A stretch of 64,000 nt of DNA from Patescibacteria group bacterium (GTDB taxonomy: Bacteria > Patescibacteriota > Microgenomatia > UBA10105 > UBA927). Position numbers and translations under genes: made by a program. Under the pieces are notes generated by a model that worked only from the letters and a program-made list of their open reading frames with translations, was not told the origin of the DNA and ran no database searches. Shown here one piece after another: positions 1-9,300 of the stretch (position 1 is the first letter of the stretch; the number at the start of each line of letters is the position of its first letter). The stretch covers positions 131,715 to 195,714 of the forward strand of contig JBBTWJ010000005.1 of the NCBI GenBank assembly GCA_038062895.1. Direction: 5' to 3'.

Positions 1-1
1 C

Positions 2-1342
2 GGAGGATTTGATGGGAAAAAAACGTACCTCATTCTTCTCCAAAACAGTATGGAACTTCGTCCCACAGGAGGATTTATCGGGAGCATAGCGACAGTAAAC
101 GTAGAGGACGGTATCTCGGAAGTGCCGGCAATCCAGGATGTCTATGCCGTGGACGGACAACTGAAGGGCCACGTGGATCCGCCCAAACCGATAGCGGAAT
201 TACTCGAGCAGGAACACTGGTATTTGCGTGACAGCAATTGGGATCCGGACTTTGCCGTGAGCGGGGAGAAAGCTGCATGGTTTTATGAGAAAGAAACGGG
301 GGTGACGGTCGATGGGGTGATTGCCGTATCCACTCCGGTTTTGACAGACCTTCTCGGGGCGTTGGGTCCTGTAGAGCTTCCTGACTACAATGATCATATA
401 TCCAAAGATAATTTTTTTGGTAAATCGCTTTTTTATACGAAAGCGGACTTTTTTCCCGGATCGACGCAAAAAAAGGATTTTTTGGGAAGCCTGGGAACCG
501 CGCTCCTGGGGCGACTCATTTCGGTCCGTGCCGAAGAGGGACAGGCCGTATTTTTGGCGATGAGCCGTGCGCTTGAAGCCGGAGATGTCCAGTTTTGGTT
601 TCCGGGCAGAAAAACACAAGCCTTAGTAGAGCAAGCGGGTTGGGCTGGGACACTCTCGGACATGGCGGCCTGTGAACAAAACGAAGTCCCCTGTACCGTC
701 AATCGCATCGCACTGGTCGAATCGAATATGGGAGTCAACAAGGTAAACGCGTATATGACGCGAACGATGAAAGCCAGGGTGGATATCGATGAGCAGGGTC
801 TCATTGACGGATCTGTGACGGTGGCATACCAGAATACATCAACGGACGATGCGGCATTATCCGGCGGGGGGATTTATCTTGCCTATCTGCGGGCATTTGT
901 TCCCGCTGAAGTGATCGTCGTTTCTGCTCTCATAGACGGTAAGGAAGTGCCGATCCGCGTCATAAAAGCCAGCAACCGTACGCTTCCATATCGTGATACC
1001 GATGAGACTGGCCGTGGACAAACGGGAGTAGCGTTAGCATTTACCGTGCCACCATTGGCAAGCCGGACCATCACGATCCGGTACCAGATGGAAAGGCCGC
1101 TCACCTTTGTGGGTGAAGAAGGAACATATCTCTCCATTCTGCGCAAGCAGCCGGGCATACCGGACACGGGAGTGGATCTGGCAATCGGATACCCGTCCGG
1201 GTGGAAGGCGGAGACGGATGAGACGGTTGGATTAAGCGCGGACAACGGCTTCCTTGCAAACGCTAAGGAAGTCCGATACAATACAACTCTCGATCAGACA
1301 AAAAAGTTTGTGGTGAAGTTTAGAAAGCAAAAGGACAGATAA
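2..1342 (+). CDS. hypothetical protein, C-terminal part (reading frame open to the window start, so the gene is 5'-truncated by the window)
   Basis: Frame 2 has no stop between base 2 and the ATG at 50. The ORF is longer than 430 codons with protein-like composition and no antisense competitor. No catalytic motif recognised. Confidence 0.45.
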   Translation, partial: GGFDGKKTYLILLQNSMELRPTGGFIGSIATVNVEDGISEVPAIQDVYAVDGQLKGHVDPPKPIAELLEQEHWYLRDSNWDPDFAVSGEKAAWFYEKETGVTVDGVIAVSTPVLTDLLGALGPVELPDYNDHISKDNFFGKSLFYTKADFFPGSTQKKDFLGSLGTALLGRLISVRAEEGQAVFLAMSRALEAGDVQFWFPGRKTQALVEQAGWAGTLSDMAACEQNEVPCTVNRIALVESNMGVNKVNAYMTRTMKARVDIDEQGLIDGSVTVAYQNTSTDDAALSGGGIYLAYLRAFVPAEVIVVSALIDGKEVPIRVIKASNRTLPYRDTDETGRGQTGVALAFTVPPLASRTITIRYQMERPLTFVGEEGTYLSILRKQPGIPDTGVDLAIGYPSGWKAETDETVGLSADNGFLANAKEVRYNTTLDQTKKFVVKFRKQKDR

Positions 1343-1405
1343 CAAATAGCAGAAAACAAAGAACAGAGAGCAGAGAAAAAACAACGGAGAATAAAATTTG
1401 AGAAT

Positions 1406-2122
1406 ATGAAAAAGCATTCATTAGCAGCTATGAAACGTGACTCCCTCGGGCGCAAGGTAAAAAAGCTGCGTGTGGCAGGGCAGCTCCCCGCAACCGTCTA
1501 CGGCAAGAAAGTTGAGAGCGCATCCGTGACCGTCGAAGCTGATGCGTTTGCAAAAACCTACGGTGAAGCGGGGGAGACCGGATTAGTTGAACTTTCCGTG
1601 GGAGGAACGGTCCGACCCGTTCTTATCCATCATGTACAGAAGCACCCCGTGAGCGGAACCATCCTCCACGTAGAATTTCATCAGGTAGATCTCAAAGAAA
1701 AAGTACATGCAAATGTTCCGATCGTGCTGGTAGGGGAGTCGCCGGTTGTGAGTGAGAAGCGCGGCGTCGTGTTGAGCATATTAGACGAGGTGGAAGTGGA
1801 AGCATTGCCAACGGAACTTGTCGAAAACATCGAGGTTGACGTGACGTTATTAAGCGAAGTAGGGCAGGAGGTAAAAGTTAAAGACTTGAACGTCCCCGCT
1901 GGACTTACGGTCTTGTCTGATGCAGAATTGACCATCGTCAAGATCGGATCCCTCATAACAAAGGAAGCAGAAGCGGAAGTCGCGGCGGAAGCTGCAAAAG
2001 CCGCAGAAGCAACTGCGGCAGTTCCGGCGGAAGGTGCCGAGGGCGCAGCAGCAACAGCTCCCGAAGGAGCAGCCCCGGCGGAAAAGCCAAAGGACGAAAA
2101 TAAAGAAGCGAAGAAAGAATAA
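1406..2122 (+). CDS. rplY: 50S ribosomal protein L25 / general stress protein Ctc
   Basis: N-terminal 'RxxxGRKxxKKLRxxGxxPAxxYG' and 'VQxHPV...ILHVEF' L25/Ctc signatures. Ala/Glu/Lys-rich C-terminal tail typical of Ctc-form L25. Confidence 0.85.
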   Translation: MKKHSLAAMKRDSLGRKVKKLRVAGQLPATVYGKKVESASVTVEADAFAKTYGEAGETGLVELSVGGTVRPVLIHHVQKHPVSGTILHVEFHQVDLKEKVHANVPIVLVGESPVVSEKRGVVLSILDEVEVEALPTELVENIEVDVTLLSEVGQEVKVKDLNVPAGLTVLSDAELTIVKIGSLITKEAEAEVAAEAAKAAEATAAVPAEGAEGAAATAPEGAAPAEKPKDENKEAKKE

Positions 2123-2133
2123 CCCCGAAGTCG

Positions 2134-2721
2134 TCAGATTCCCTTCAGAAGATCAGAGAGTTTTTGTGCTGTGGGATGATTGGGATCCAGAGTCCGGGCT
2201 TGTGAGAGCCACCTTTTTGATTCATCCAGCTTCCCCAGTTGGTAGGCAAGTGAGGCAAGCGTTATGTATGCATCACGATAGTCGGGCTTGGTGATGGCAA
2301 CGGATTGCCAAAAGGCGTACTGCTTATCCCATTGGTCTCTCTCATGTTCCCATTGGGCGAGGGTGTCGGCGGGACTCGTGGTGAGACCTAAGACATTGAC
2401 CGTTCCACCTTCTCCTGCAGCGATGCGTCCGGTAGTGGAAAGCAATTGGGCGGCAACCATGAGATTGCGCGCCTGGTCCTTTTGGCCTTGCTGCCAGAGG
2501 AGAGAAGCCAAATCGATATGCCGGGATACTGATGAGGGAGTCTCAAAAAGCTTCACAAGCGGCTTCCAATGGAGCGGTGTGAGAGCTTGTTTGGCGAGCA
2601 GGTTGACGGCAAAAAGGGCAATAAGAGCTATCCATAAGAATGTCATTTCGAGGCCAAAAAAGAGTCGTGCGGGTTTTAATTGGGGAAAGTGCGGGAATAA
2701 TTTCGGTAGTGAGTAGGTCAT
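2134..2721 (-). CDS. membrane-anchored TPR-like repeat protein (hypothetical)
   Basis: N-terminal hydrophobic helix followed by TPR-like helical repeats. The antisense + ORF at 2288..2716 is Cys/Trp-rich junk. Confidence 0.45.
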   Translation of the reverse strand: MTYSLPKLFPHFPQLKPARLFFGLEMTFLWIALIALFAVNLLAKQALTPLHWKPLVKLFETPSSVSRHIDLASLLWQQGQKDQARNLMVAAQLLSTTGRIAAGEGGTVNVLGLTTSPADTLAQWEHERDQWDKQYAFWQSVAITKPDYRDAYITLASLAYQLGKLDESKRWLSQARTLDPNHPTAQKLSDLLKGI

Positions 2722-2772
2722 AGAGTGCGGTGCAGAACTTATAAAATAAGAATGGTATCATTGTAGATATCT

Positions 2773-3519
2773 ATGACCGTTATCACAAGGGGGGAGTCGG
2801 TACAAAAGAGGACAGAACGAGCATCACAAGTGGTTTCACTCCTAAAAATATTCTATCCGAAGGCACAGATCGTTCTTCGATACACAAATTTCTGGGAACT
2901 ATTGGTTTCTGTTATTTTATCCGCTCAATGCACGGATGTGATGGTCAATAAGGTGACAGAAAGACTGTTTAAAAAATATCCAGCCTTTGGGGATTATCTG
3001 AAGGCTGATACTAAGGAGTTTGAACAGGATATTAAATCGACCGGCTTTTATCATAATAAAGCGAAGAATATCTTAGCCGCGGCAAAGCTCATTCAAGAAA
3101 AATTTAAAGGCGAGATACCCAGGACAATGGATGAAATGCTGACGATCCCGGGGGTGGCACGGAAAACTGCCAACGTGGTGTTGGGCAATGCGTATGGAAT
3201 TGTGGAGGGGATAGCGGTCGATACCCACGTCCTTCGTTTGAGCCAACGGTTGCGGTTGGTGGACCTGGAAAAGATTGGTGGAAAAAAGAAATTGCATTTC
3301 ACAAGGCCAGGACTTGCAGACACCAATGAGTTTATTGATTATAAAAAAGACGCCGATCCGGTGAAGATTGAGACGCAACTGATGGAGGTATTGCCAAGAG
3401 AAGATTGGTTCAACACTACCTATCTCCTCATAGATCATGGCCGTGCTGTGTGCAAAGCACAGAGTCCAAACTGCAGCCACTGCGTGCTCCAAAAGTTTTG
3501 CCCCTCCTCGCGGATTTGA
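2773..3519 (+). CDS. nth: endonuclease III (DNA glycosylase/AP lyase), with an internal insertion
   Basis: HhH-GPD core with the catalytic Lys region 'LxxIPGVARKTANVVL'. C-terminal 4Fe-4S ligands 'CKAQSPNCSHCVLQKFC' (C-x6-C-x2-C-x5-C). Confidence 0.85.
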   Translation: MTVITRGESVQKRTERASQVVSLLKIFYPKAQIVLRYTNFWELLVSVILSAQCTDVMVNKVTERLFKKYPAFGDYLKADTKEFEQDIKSTGFYHNKAKNILAAAKLIQEKFKGEIPRTMDEMLTIPGVARKTANVVLGNAYGIVEGIAVDTHVLRLSQRLRLVDLEKIGGKKKLHFTRPGLADTNEFIDYKKDADPVKIETQLMEVLPREDWFNTTYLLIDHGRAVCKAQSPNCSHCVLQKFCPSSRI

Positions 3520-3724
3520 TCATCGGCACAGCGGATTGTGCTTTCCCATTGGGTGTGGTATGCTTTGGCGATTGACGAAAGCCAGGTAGTGAAACTTCGA
3601 TCTTGCTTTGAAAGCAAGGAAAACATACTTGGTAAAAACAGTATTGATTGATTAATAAAGGAGGATTAGGACAAAAGATTTTTTTGGAAGAAACAAAAAA
3701 ATTATCGAAGTTCTACTACCTGGT

Positions 3725-4411
3725 ATGGCTACACGAAAATCTGCACAGAAAAAAACTTCAGTTAAACGAAATGTAAAAAAGAATGCATTGATGGCAGTTC
3801 CCCCCGCAGACGAAGCCCCACTCTCCGTGCCGGTAAAGCAAAAATTTAATACAAAAATCCTTTATCTCATTGTCGGGCTCCTTGCGCTGTCCGCCCTGCT
3901 TCTTGCTAATAAGAGCATGTTGGTAGCAGCGGTTGTGGATGGGCGGCCGGTGTGGAGCTGGGAACTCAACAGTGTGATGGCTGACCGCTACGGGAAACAA
4001 ACACTCGAGGGCATGATCAGCGAAAAGTTGATTGCCAGCGAAGCGAGAAAGCAGGGCGTGGTTATGAACCCCGAAGAAGTAAAGGCGCGGGAAGAAGAGA
4101 TCGTCAAAGGATTAGGGGGAGGCATGAGCCTCGAGGAAATTCTTAAGATCCAGGGACTCACCAAATCTGAATTTGACCGGCAGATTACGCTCCAGCTTAC
4201 GGTGCAAAAATTGCTTGGGAAGGATCTTGCCATCACGGATGCGGATGTGGATAATTTCATCGCGACCAACCGGGCGACGCTGGTGGCTACCGAAGAGGCG
4301 ACTCTTAAAACAGAAGCCAGACAGGCAATTCTGGATGCCTACATCGGAGAAAAGCTCCAGCCGTGGTTTAATGAGCTGAAAGAGAAAGCCAAGATACTTC
4401 GTTTTCTTTAA
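3725..4411 (+). CDS. SurA-N-terminal-domain-like periplasmic chaperone, membrane anchored (no PPIase domain)
   Basis: N-terminal TM helix then a SurA_N-like helical domain. The start codon is embedded in the conserved GAAGTTCTACTACCTGGTATG motif. Confidence 0.5.
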   Translation: MATRKSAQKKTSVKRNVKKNALMAVPPADEAPLSVPVKQKFNTKILYLIVGLLALSALLLANKSMLVAAVVDGRPVWSWELNSVMADRYGKQTLEGMISEKLIASEARKQGVVMNPEEVKAREEEIVKGLGGGMSLEEILKIQGLTKSEFDRQITLQLTVQKLLGKDLAITDADVDNFIATNRATLVATEEATLKTEARQAILDAYIGEKLQPWFNELKEKAKILRFL

Positions 4412-4412
4412 T

Positions 4413-4676
4413 ATGATGCCATGGTTTCTTGGGAATAGTAGTGGGATGAATTGGGACTGGTCATTGGGGTGGCAGATTAGTTTAGTTCCCCTCATGATTT
4501 GGTCTATGGCGTGGTCGGGACTCGCGCTTTGGCATGCGGCAAAGCGAGGCGAGAAATGGTGGTTTGTTCTCTTTCTCCTGGTTCACACCGTTGGAGTTTT
4601 GGAGATCTTTTACTTGGTGTTTGTCGTCAAACTTTTTGCCAACGCAAAACCTCCTCATAAAAAGAAACGGTCATAG
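4413..4676 (+). CDS. small integral membrane protein (2 TM helices), hypothetical
   Basis: Trp-rich hydrophobic ORF abutting the upstream stop. Basic C-terminal tail. Confidence 0.35.
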   Translation: MMPWFLGNSSGMNWDWSLGWQISLVPLMIWSMAWSGLALWHAAKRGEKWWFVLFLLVHTVGVLEIFYLVFVVKLFANAKPPHKKKRS

Positions 4677-4717
4677 ACCTGGCCCTCCGGCTTGCTGGGG
4701 GCAAGCAGAAATTATCC

Positions 4718-5764
4718 ATGAAAACCTGGCAGAAGTTAAAAGCGAACCCGGAACTTTGGGAACGGTACTTCGTCCGCGAAAAGGTCATCAAGGCGATCCG
4801 GCTATTTTTTGAAACGCAGAAGTTTCATGAAGTAGAGACACCGACCCTCATGGCTCACCCGCCTGCGGAATCGTATTTGGACGTTTTCCAAATGACGCTT
4901 CTAGACCGCAATCGAAAGGGGATCTCCGCCTACCTTTCCACGTCTCCGGAAGTAGCATTAAAAAAACTCATGACGGCTGGTTTGGGAAATTGCTACGCGC
5001 TTACCAAAAGTTTCCGCAACATGGAAACACAAGGAAATCTTCATAATCCAGAATTTACTATCCTCGAATTTTACCGTGTGGGAGCCACGTACCTTGACAT
5101 TATGAGGGACATCGAATCGCTGATGGTGTTTATCGCGCAGTCGGTACACAAGGATTCACTGGTCGTCACGTATCAAGGAACATCAATTGATCTCACGCCT
5201 CCATGGGAACGGCTATCGGTCGCCCAGGCATTTGAGAAATACGCTCATGTGGATTTCGAGAAATTTTTGGATGAGAAACAAGCGCGTGAAATTGCTAAAG
5301 AAAAAGGATATGCCGTTGAAGCGAATACAACCTGGGAACAACTCTATAACCAAATTCTTCTTAATGAAATTGAACCTTACCTGGGGCAGGGGAGGCCTAC
5401 GATTCTGTATGACTTCCCGTCTTCCATGGCGGCGTTGTCCAAGAAAAAAACGAGCGATCCGCGGTTTGCCGAGCGGTTTGAATTCTACATCGCAGGGCTC
5501 GAGCTCGGCGACTGCTATAGCGAGCTTACCGATTGGAAAGAGCAAGAAGTGAGGTTTGAGCGAGAGCTTAGCGAGCTGAGACGATTAGGTAAGACAGTTT
5601 ACGACTATGATCACGATTTTATCGAAGCTCTGAAAGTTGGACTACCGGATTGCAGCGGGATCGCCGTCGGCGTTGATCGGCTCATTATGCTCCTTAGTGA
5701 CGTCACCGATATCGCCGATACGCTTTTTTTTCCGGCCGGGGAGATGTTTACGTTTTCAACGTAG
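4718..5764 (+). CDS. epmA: EF-P--(R)-beta-lysine ligase (class II lysyl-tRNA synthetase paralog, GenX/PoxA)
   Basis: Class II aaRS catalytic core without an anticodon-binding domain. Motif 2 'FRNMETQGNLHNPEFTILEFY' and motif 3 'IEALKVGLPDCSGIAVGVDRLIMLL' closely match EpmA. Confidence 0.7.
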   Translation: MKTWQKLKANPELWERYFVREKVIKAIRLFFETQKFHEVETPTLMAHPPAESYLDVFQMTLLDRNRKGISAYLSTSPEVALKKLMTAGLGNCYALTKSFRNMETQGNLHNPEFTILEFYRVGATYLDIMRDIESLMVFIAQSVHKDSLVVTYQGTSIDLTPPWERLSVAQAFEKYAHVDFEKFLDEKQAREIAKEKGYAVEANTTWEQLYNQILLNEIEPYLGQGRPTILYDFPSSMAALSKKKTSDPRFAERFEFYIAGLELGDCYSELTDWKEQEVRFERELSELRRLGKTVYDYDHDFIEALKVGLPDCSGIAVGVDRLIMLLSDVTDIADTLFFPAGEMFTFST

Positions 5765-6947
5765 AGAGAGCGATCGTTTTTCGAAGCAACAATGCGAGGG
5801 CAAGCGGCAGGACGGGGAGGATATACAGCCAGTTTTTTGCCAGTTGAATTTCATTCCCGAACTGCAGAAAGATAAATAGTCCGATGAAACTTACGGTCCG
5901 GAATATTCCCAACACAATATCGCGTTCAAGAAGTAGGTGATATTTTTGCTGCCAACTTCCTTGGGCTTGGTCCAGCACGCCAAAGTAGACGATCGACAGT
6001 TTATTGTTAAATATCGGAACGGTGAGTCCGGAAATAATAATATACGCCCAGATCCCTAGCGGCGATTGATAAAATGCAAACACAATGATCGAGAGGGCAG
6101 ATCCAGCGACACCGATCCAATAAGCAGATGGGAACTTTGTGAGAAGCGGGATAGCATAGAGATTGGACACGATTGCAATCGTCGAAAATATCGTGAGCAC
6201 GAATCCCAGATCCGCTTCATTTTTCACTATGACGAAAAATAACACGCCCGTCACGGTGCCGAGGGCAATATCAAATAAACCCAGTACTGCATTTTGTCCC
6301 AGGATGAGTTTCCAACTGCGTGTCCGTTGATGGTCCAAGATGTGATGGTATGAAAAATCCAGTGATTCATGCGCGGGGAGTTTGCCGATGACAAAGATCG
6401 TGATGATATTGATGATGGCGACCAGAAAAAATAACAGGAGATAGCCGTTTGTAACACCGAGCGATGTTTTACCGACGGTGGTGATAATCAGTCCTCCGAT
6501 TGCCGGACCCATGGCGTTGGCAAGATTAAACACTGCCCCAGCCCACCCAAAATATGAGACCCGTCTTCCGGAATGGGCGAGAATATATTGATTGAGATTA
6601 TACGAAGCCCAAAAAAACCCACCGGAAAAACCGGAGAGAATGCCCAACGGGAAGACAAAGGCGATGCTTTGGTCTTTGAGAAAAAATAAGAGAAGATAAA
6701 ATATTGATCCGGCGACGAGACTCATTTTCATCATGGTACCGGAAGAGATATGCCGGAGTGCCCAACCGGACGCCCCATAGAAAAACGTCATGGAGGCAAA
6801 TGCCGCGATATTATAAAGCGTCGTGACCTTGAGATCTCCATGGGAAAAGAAAAAAACCGTGACGAAAATATTGGCCAGAGATCCGGCCAGGATATCTAAG
6901 CCCTGGATGAGAAGGAGCTTCCGTTCGTCGGGGGATAAATTCTTCAT
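5748..6947 (-). CDS. MFS-type transporter (12 predicted TM helices)
   Basis: Regularly spaced hydrophobic helices with Gly-rich loops typical of the major facilitator superfamily. Overlaps the epmA end by 17 bp in convergent orientation. Confidence 0.6.
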   Translation of the reverse strand: MKNLSPDERKLLLIQGLDILAGSLANIFVTVFFFSHGDLKVTTLYNIAAFASMTFFYGASGWALRHISSGTMMKMSLVAGSIFYLLLFFLKDQSIAFVFPLGILSGFSGGFFWASYNLNQYILAHSGRRVSYFGWAGAVFNLANAMGPAIGGLIITTVGKTSLGVTNGYLLLFFLVAIINIITIFVIGKLPAHESLDFSYHHILDHQRTRSWKLILGQNAVLGLFDIALGTVTGVLFFVIVKNEADLGFVLTIFSTIAIVSNLYAIPLLTKFPSAYWIGVAGSALSIIVFAFYQSPLGIWAYIIISGLTVPIFNNKLSIVYFGVLDQAQGSWQQKYHLLLERDIVLGIFRTVSFIGLFIFLQFGNEIQLAKNWLYILPVLPLALALLLRKTIALSTLKT

Positions 6948-7010
6948 GTTTAGTACTAGTATAGCGTACTGAGGCGCGGATCACGTGGTTCTTGACATAA
7001 ATCATGTCAA

Positions 7011-7295
7011 TTGATAGAATTGATAGATATGAATATAACTGTAAGTGCCATGGATGCACGCAAACGATTTGGAGAAATTTTAAATAGCGCCTTCTATCGG
7101 GGGATATCGACGGTCATTGAGCGCAAAGGTAAGCCTATCGCAAAAATTGTTCCGGTTTTAGATGACCGAGTCACGCCGGGCAAATCATTGTTGGCATACG
7201 CAGGCATGTGGAAGGACGACGGGGATATCCGGGCGATGAAAAAAGCAATTGCTCATATCCGTCGTTCTCCTGCGCGCGTCGTGAAGCCATTATGA
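7011..7295 (+). CDS. type II antitoxin, Phd/YefM family
   Basis: 'TVSAMDARKRFGEIL...ISTVIERKGKPIAKIVPV' Phd/YefM fold signature. Overlaps the downstream PIN gene by 4 bp (ATGA). Confidence 0.6.
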   Translation: MIELIDMNITVSAMDARKRFGEILNSAFYRGISTVIERKGKPIAKIVPVLDDRVTPGKSLLAYAGMWKDDGDIRAMKKAIAHIRRSPARVVKPL

Positions 7296-7690
7296 CGGTG
7301 CTTCTGGACACAAATATCCTTATCGATTTTTTTCATGATAGGCCGCGTTCGGTTGCCCTCCTCAAGTCGCTTGCGGAAAGCCAGTTTCGGATAAGCGTGT
7401 TAACCCTTATGGAGATCATGCATGGGGCATACAAGACGAAGACACCAGATCGCTACATCAGCGAATTTAAGAACTTTCTTACAGATTTTGGGGTGGAAAT
7501 TTGGTTGGTGGATGAAGAGGTTTCTCTGCGTTGCGGCGAGCTGATGGCTGCTCTGGAGAGCCGCGGAATACGATTGGGCGTGGTCGATGCGCTTTTGGCG
7601 GCAACTGCCCTCGTTCATACCTGTCCAATTGCCTCGGGTGACCGGGCGTTTCAAAAAATACCGGGACTTGAGGTATATCCAGCGACATAA
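7292..7690 (+). CDS. vapC: PIN-domain ribonuclease toxin VapC
   Basis: 'LLDTNILIDF' with N-terminal Asp and downstream conserved acidic residues. Classic antitoxin-toxin coupling with the upstream gene. Confidence 0.75.
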   Translation: MTVLLDTNILIDFFHDRPRSVALLKSLAESQFRISVLTLMEIMHGAYKTKTPDRYISEFKNFLTDFGVEIWLVDEEVSLRCGELMAALESRGIRLGVVDALLAATALVHTCPIASGDRAFQKIPGLEVYPAT

Positions 7691-7886
7691 TGAGCCCTCT
7701 GCGTTGCGGTTTGATTGAGTTTTTGGGATAATAGAGGCACTCCCCAGGATCGGGAGTTTTTCATAGGGATCGTCCGTAAACAACTTCCTAGGTGTTTACG
7801 GTTACGGCCCTTTGTGCCGCATCTTCAAAGAAAATAACGATAAAGATATTTTTGGATGCGGCCATTGGAGTACACTTTAGATATAT

Positions 7887-8450
7887 ATGTCAACTATTTC
7901 CACAGCAGAATTTAGAAAAGGCGGGGTTATAGAATTCAAAAGCGAGCCGCACACGATCGTCGAGTTTACCCATGTCAACCCGGGGAAGGGGAGTGCATTT
8001 GTGCGCACGCGCCTCAAATCCCTCAAGACCGGAAAAGTGCAGGACTTCACCTTCAAATCCGGAGAGAACGTCACGGAAATATCCGTTGAAACCCACGAGG
8101 CCCAGTATTTATATAAAGAAGGAGTCAGTTACGTCTTCATGGAGAACTTCACCTATGAGCAGTATCAAGTGAGCGAAAGCGTGTTGTCTGATTACCTTTC
8201 ATATATTAAACCCAACGATACGTATCAACTTTTGGTCCATGAGGAAGAGGTGTTGGGACTCCGGTTTCCCAAAAAAGTCCGGCTTCTCGTGACGCAGGCC
8301 AGCGAAGGCGCGCGCGGGGATACCGTCGCCGGAGCCGGGAAAGTGGTGACCTTGGAGACGGGTGCCACTGTCACGGTGCCACTTTTTATCAAAGAAGGGG
8401 ATACGATTGCCCTCGACACGGAGACCGGACAGTATTTGGAGAGAGCATAG
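7887..8450 (+). CDS. efp: translation elongation factor P
   Basis: Full-length EF-P with the 'NPGKGSAF' loop carrying the conserved modifiable Lys. KOW and OB domains present. Confidence 0.9.
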   Translation: MSTISTAEFRKGGVIEFKSEPHTIVEFTHVNPGKGSAFVRTRLKSLKTGKVQDFTFKSGENVTEISVETHEAQYLYKEGVSYVFMENFTYEQYQVSESVLSDYLSYIKPNDTYQLLVHEEEVLGLRFPKKVRLLVTQASEGARGDTVAGAGKVVTLETGATVTVPLFIKEGDTIALDTETGQYLERA

Positions 8451-8703
8451 ATTGTACGGGTCGCGCCGTTCTTGCTTCAGGAATCAGTTTTTTTGGCCGC
8501 TCGATTGACTTCTCCTATATAATAATTATTCCCCTCTCGCTAAATGAATCCCGCCAATAAAAAGTTGATCCAGATTGTATTAGCTGTACACAGCGGGATT
8601 CAGGTTGCCAAAAAAACTGTTCCTTACGCATTCGCGTTTTTTGTCGTGACGGCACTTCGAAACGACTCGCTGCCCTGCGCGTAAGGGGTGATAGAATGAG
8701 CGT

Positions 8704-9246
8704 ATGAAACGGTGGGTGAAATATGGGGTGATTTTTATTCTCGGCGGGTTGAGTGCATTGGGATACAATTTTTCTTCGGCTCCGATAAAACAAACAGTGA
8801 TTTCAGAGGGAGTGGCGACGCATTCTGCGGTCGTTGTTTCCGGAGGAGAAATAGCGGTCGTGGGTCGGGTGATTGACGGGGATACGATTGAGCTAATCGA
8901 CAAACGGAAAGTCCGGTACATCGGAGTAGATACCCCGGAAAGCGTGGATCCGAGGAGAACCGTGCAATGTTTTGGAAATGAAGCGAAGGAGGAGAACCAA
9001 AGACTCGTAGAAGGGAAGACTGTACGACTTGAGAAAGACATTTCTGACACGGATAAATATGGGAGACTCCTTCGATATGTATATCTTAGTGATGTATTCA
9101 TCAATGACTATTTAGTGCGTCAGGGCTTTGCGCGCATTGACACCGTCCCGCCGGATGTGGCGCACCGTGAACAGTTTTTCGCTTCCCAACAAGAGGCGAG
9201 GAATGAATTGCGTGGATTCTGGCAAAGCTGTGGCGCCCGCGAGTGA
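8704..9246 (+). CDS. thermonuclease (staphylococcal nuclease/SNase-fold), secreted or membrane anchored
   Basis: N-terminal signal/anchor, then the SNase core 'VIDGDTIEL...RYIGVDTPE...RLLRYVY'. Confidence 0.8.
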   Translation: MKRWVKYGVIFILGGLSALGYNFSSAPIKQTVISEGVATHSAVVVSGGEIAVVGRVIDGDTIELIDKRKVRYIGVDTPESVDPRRTVQCFGNEAKEENQRLVEGKTVRLEKDISDTDKYGRLLRYVYLSDVFINDYLVRQGFARIDTVPPDVAHREQFFASQQEARNELRGFWQSCGARE

Positions 9247-9300
9247 ACCACCCTCTCTCTTGTGCTGTCGTCATTTCCTTCGTAGACTGGTGCTATACCC

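Noticed and set aside
2288-2716. 142-codon plus-strand ORF antisense to the TPR membrane protein
   Set aside because: The product is Cys/Trp-rich and lacks any fold-like pattern. The minus-strand reading has TM and TPR features.
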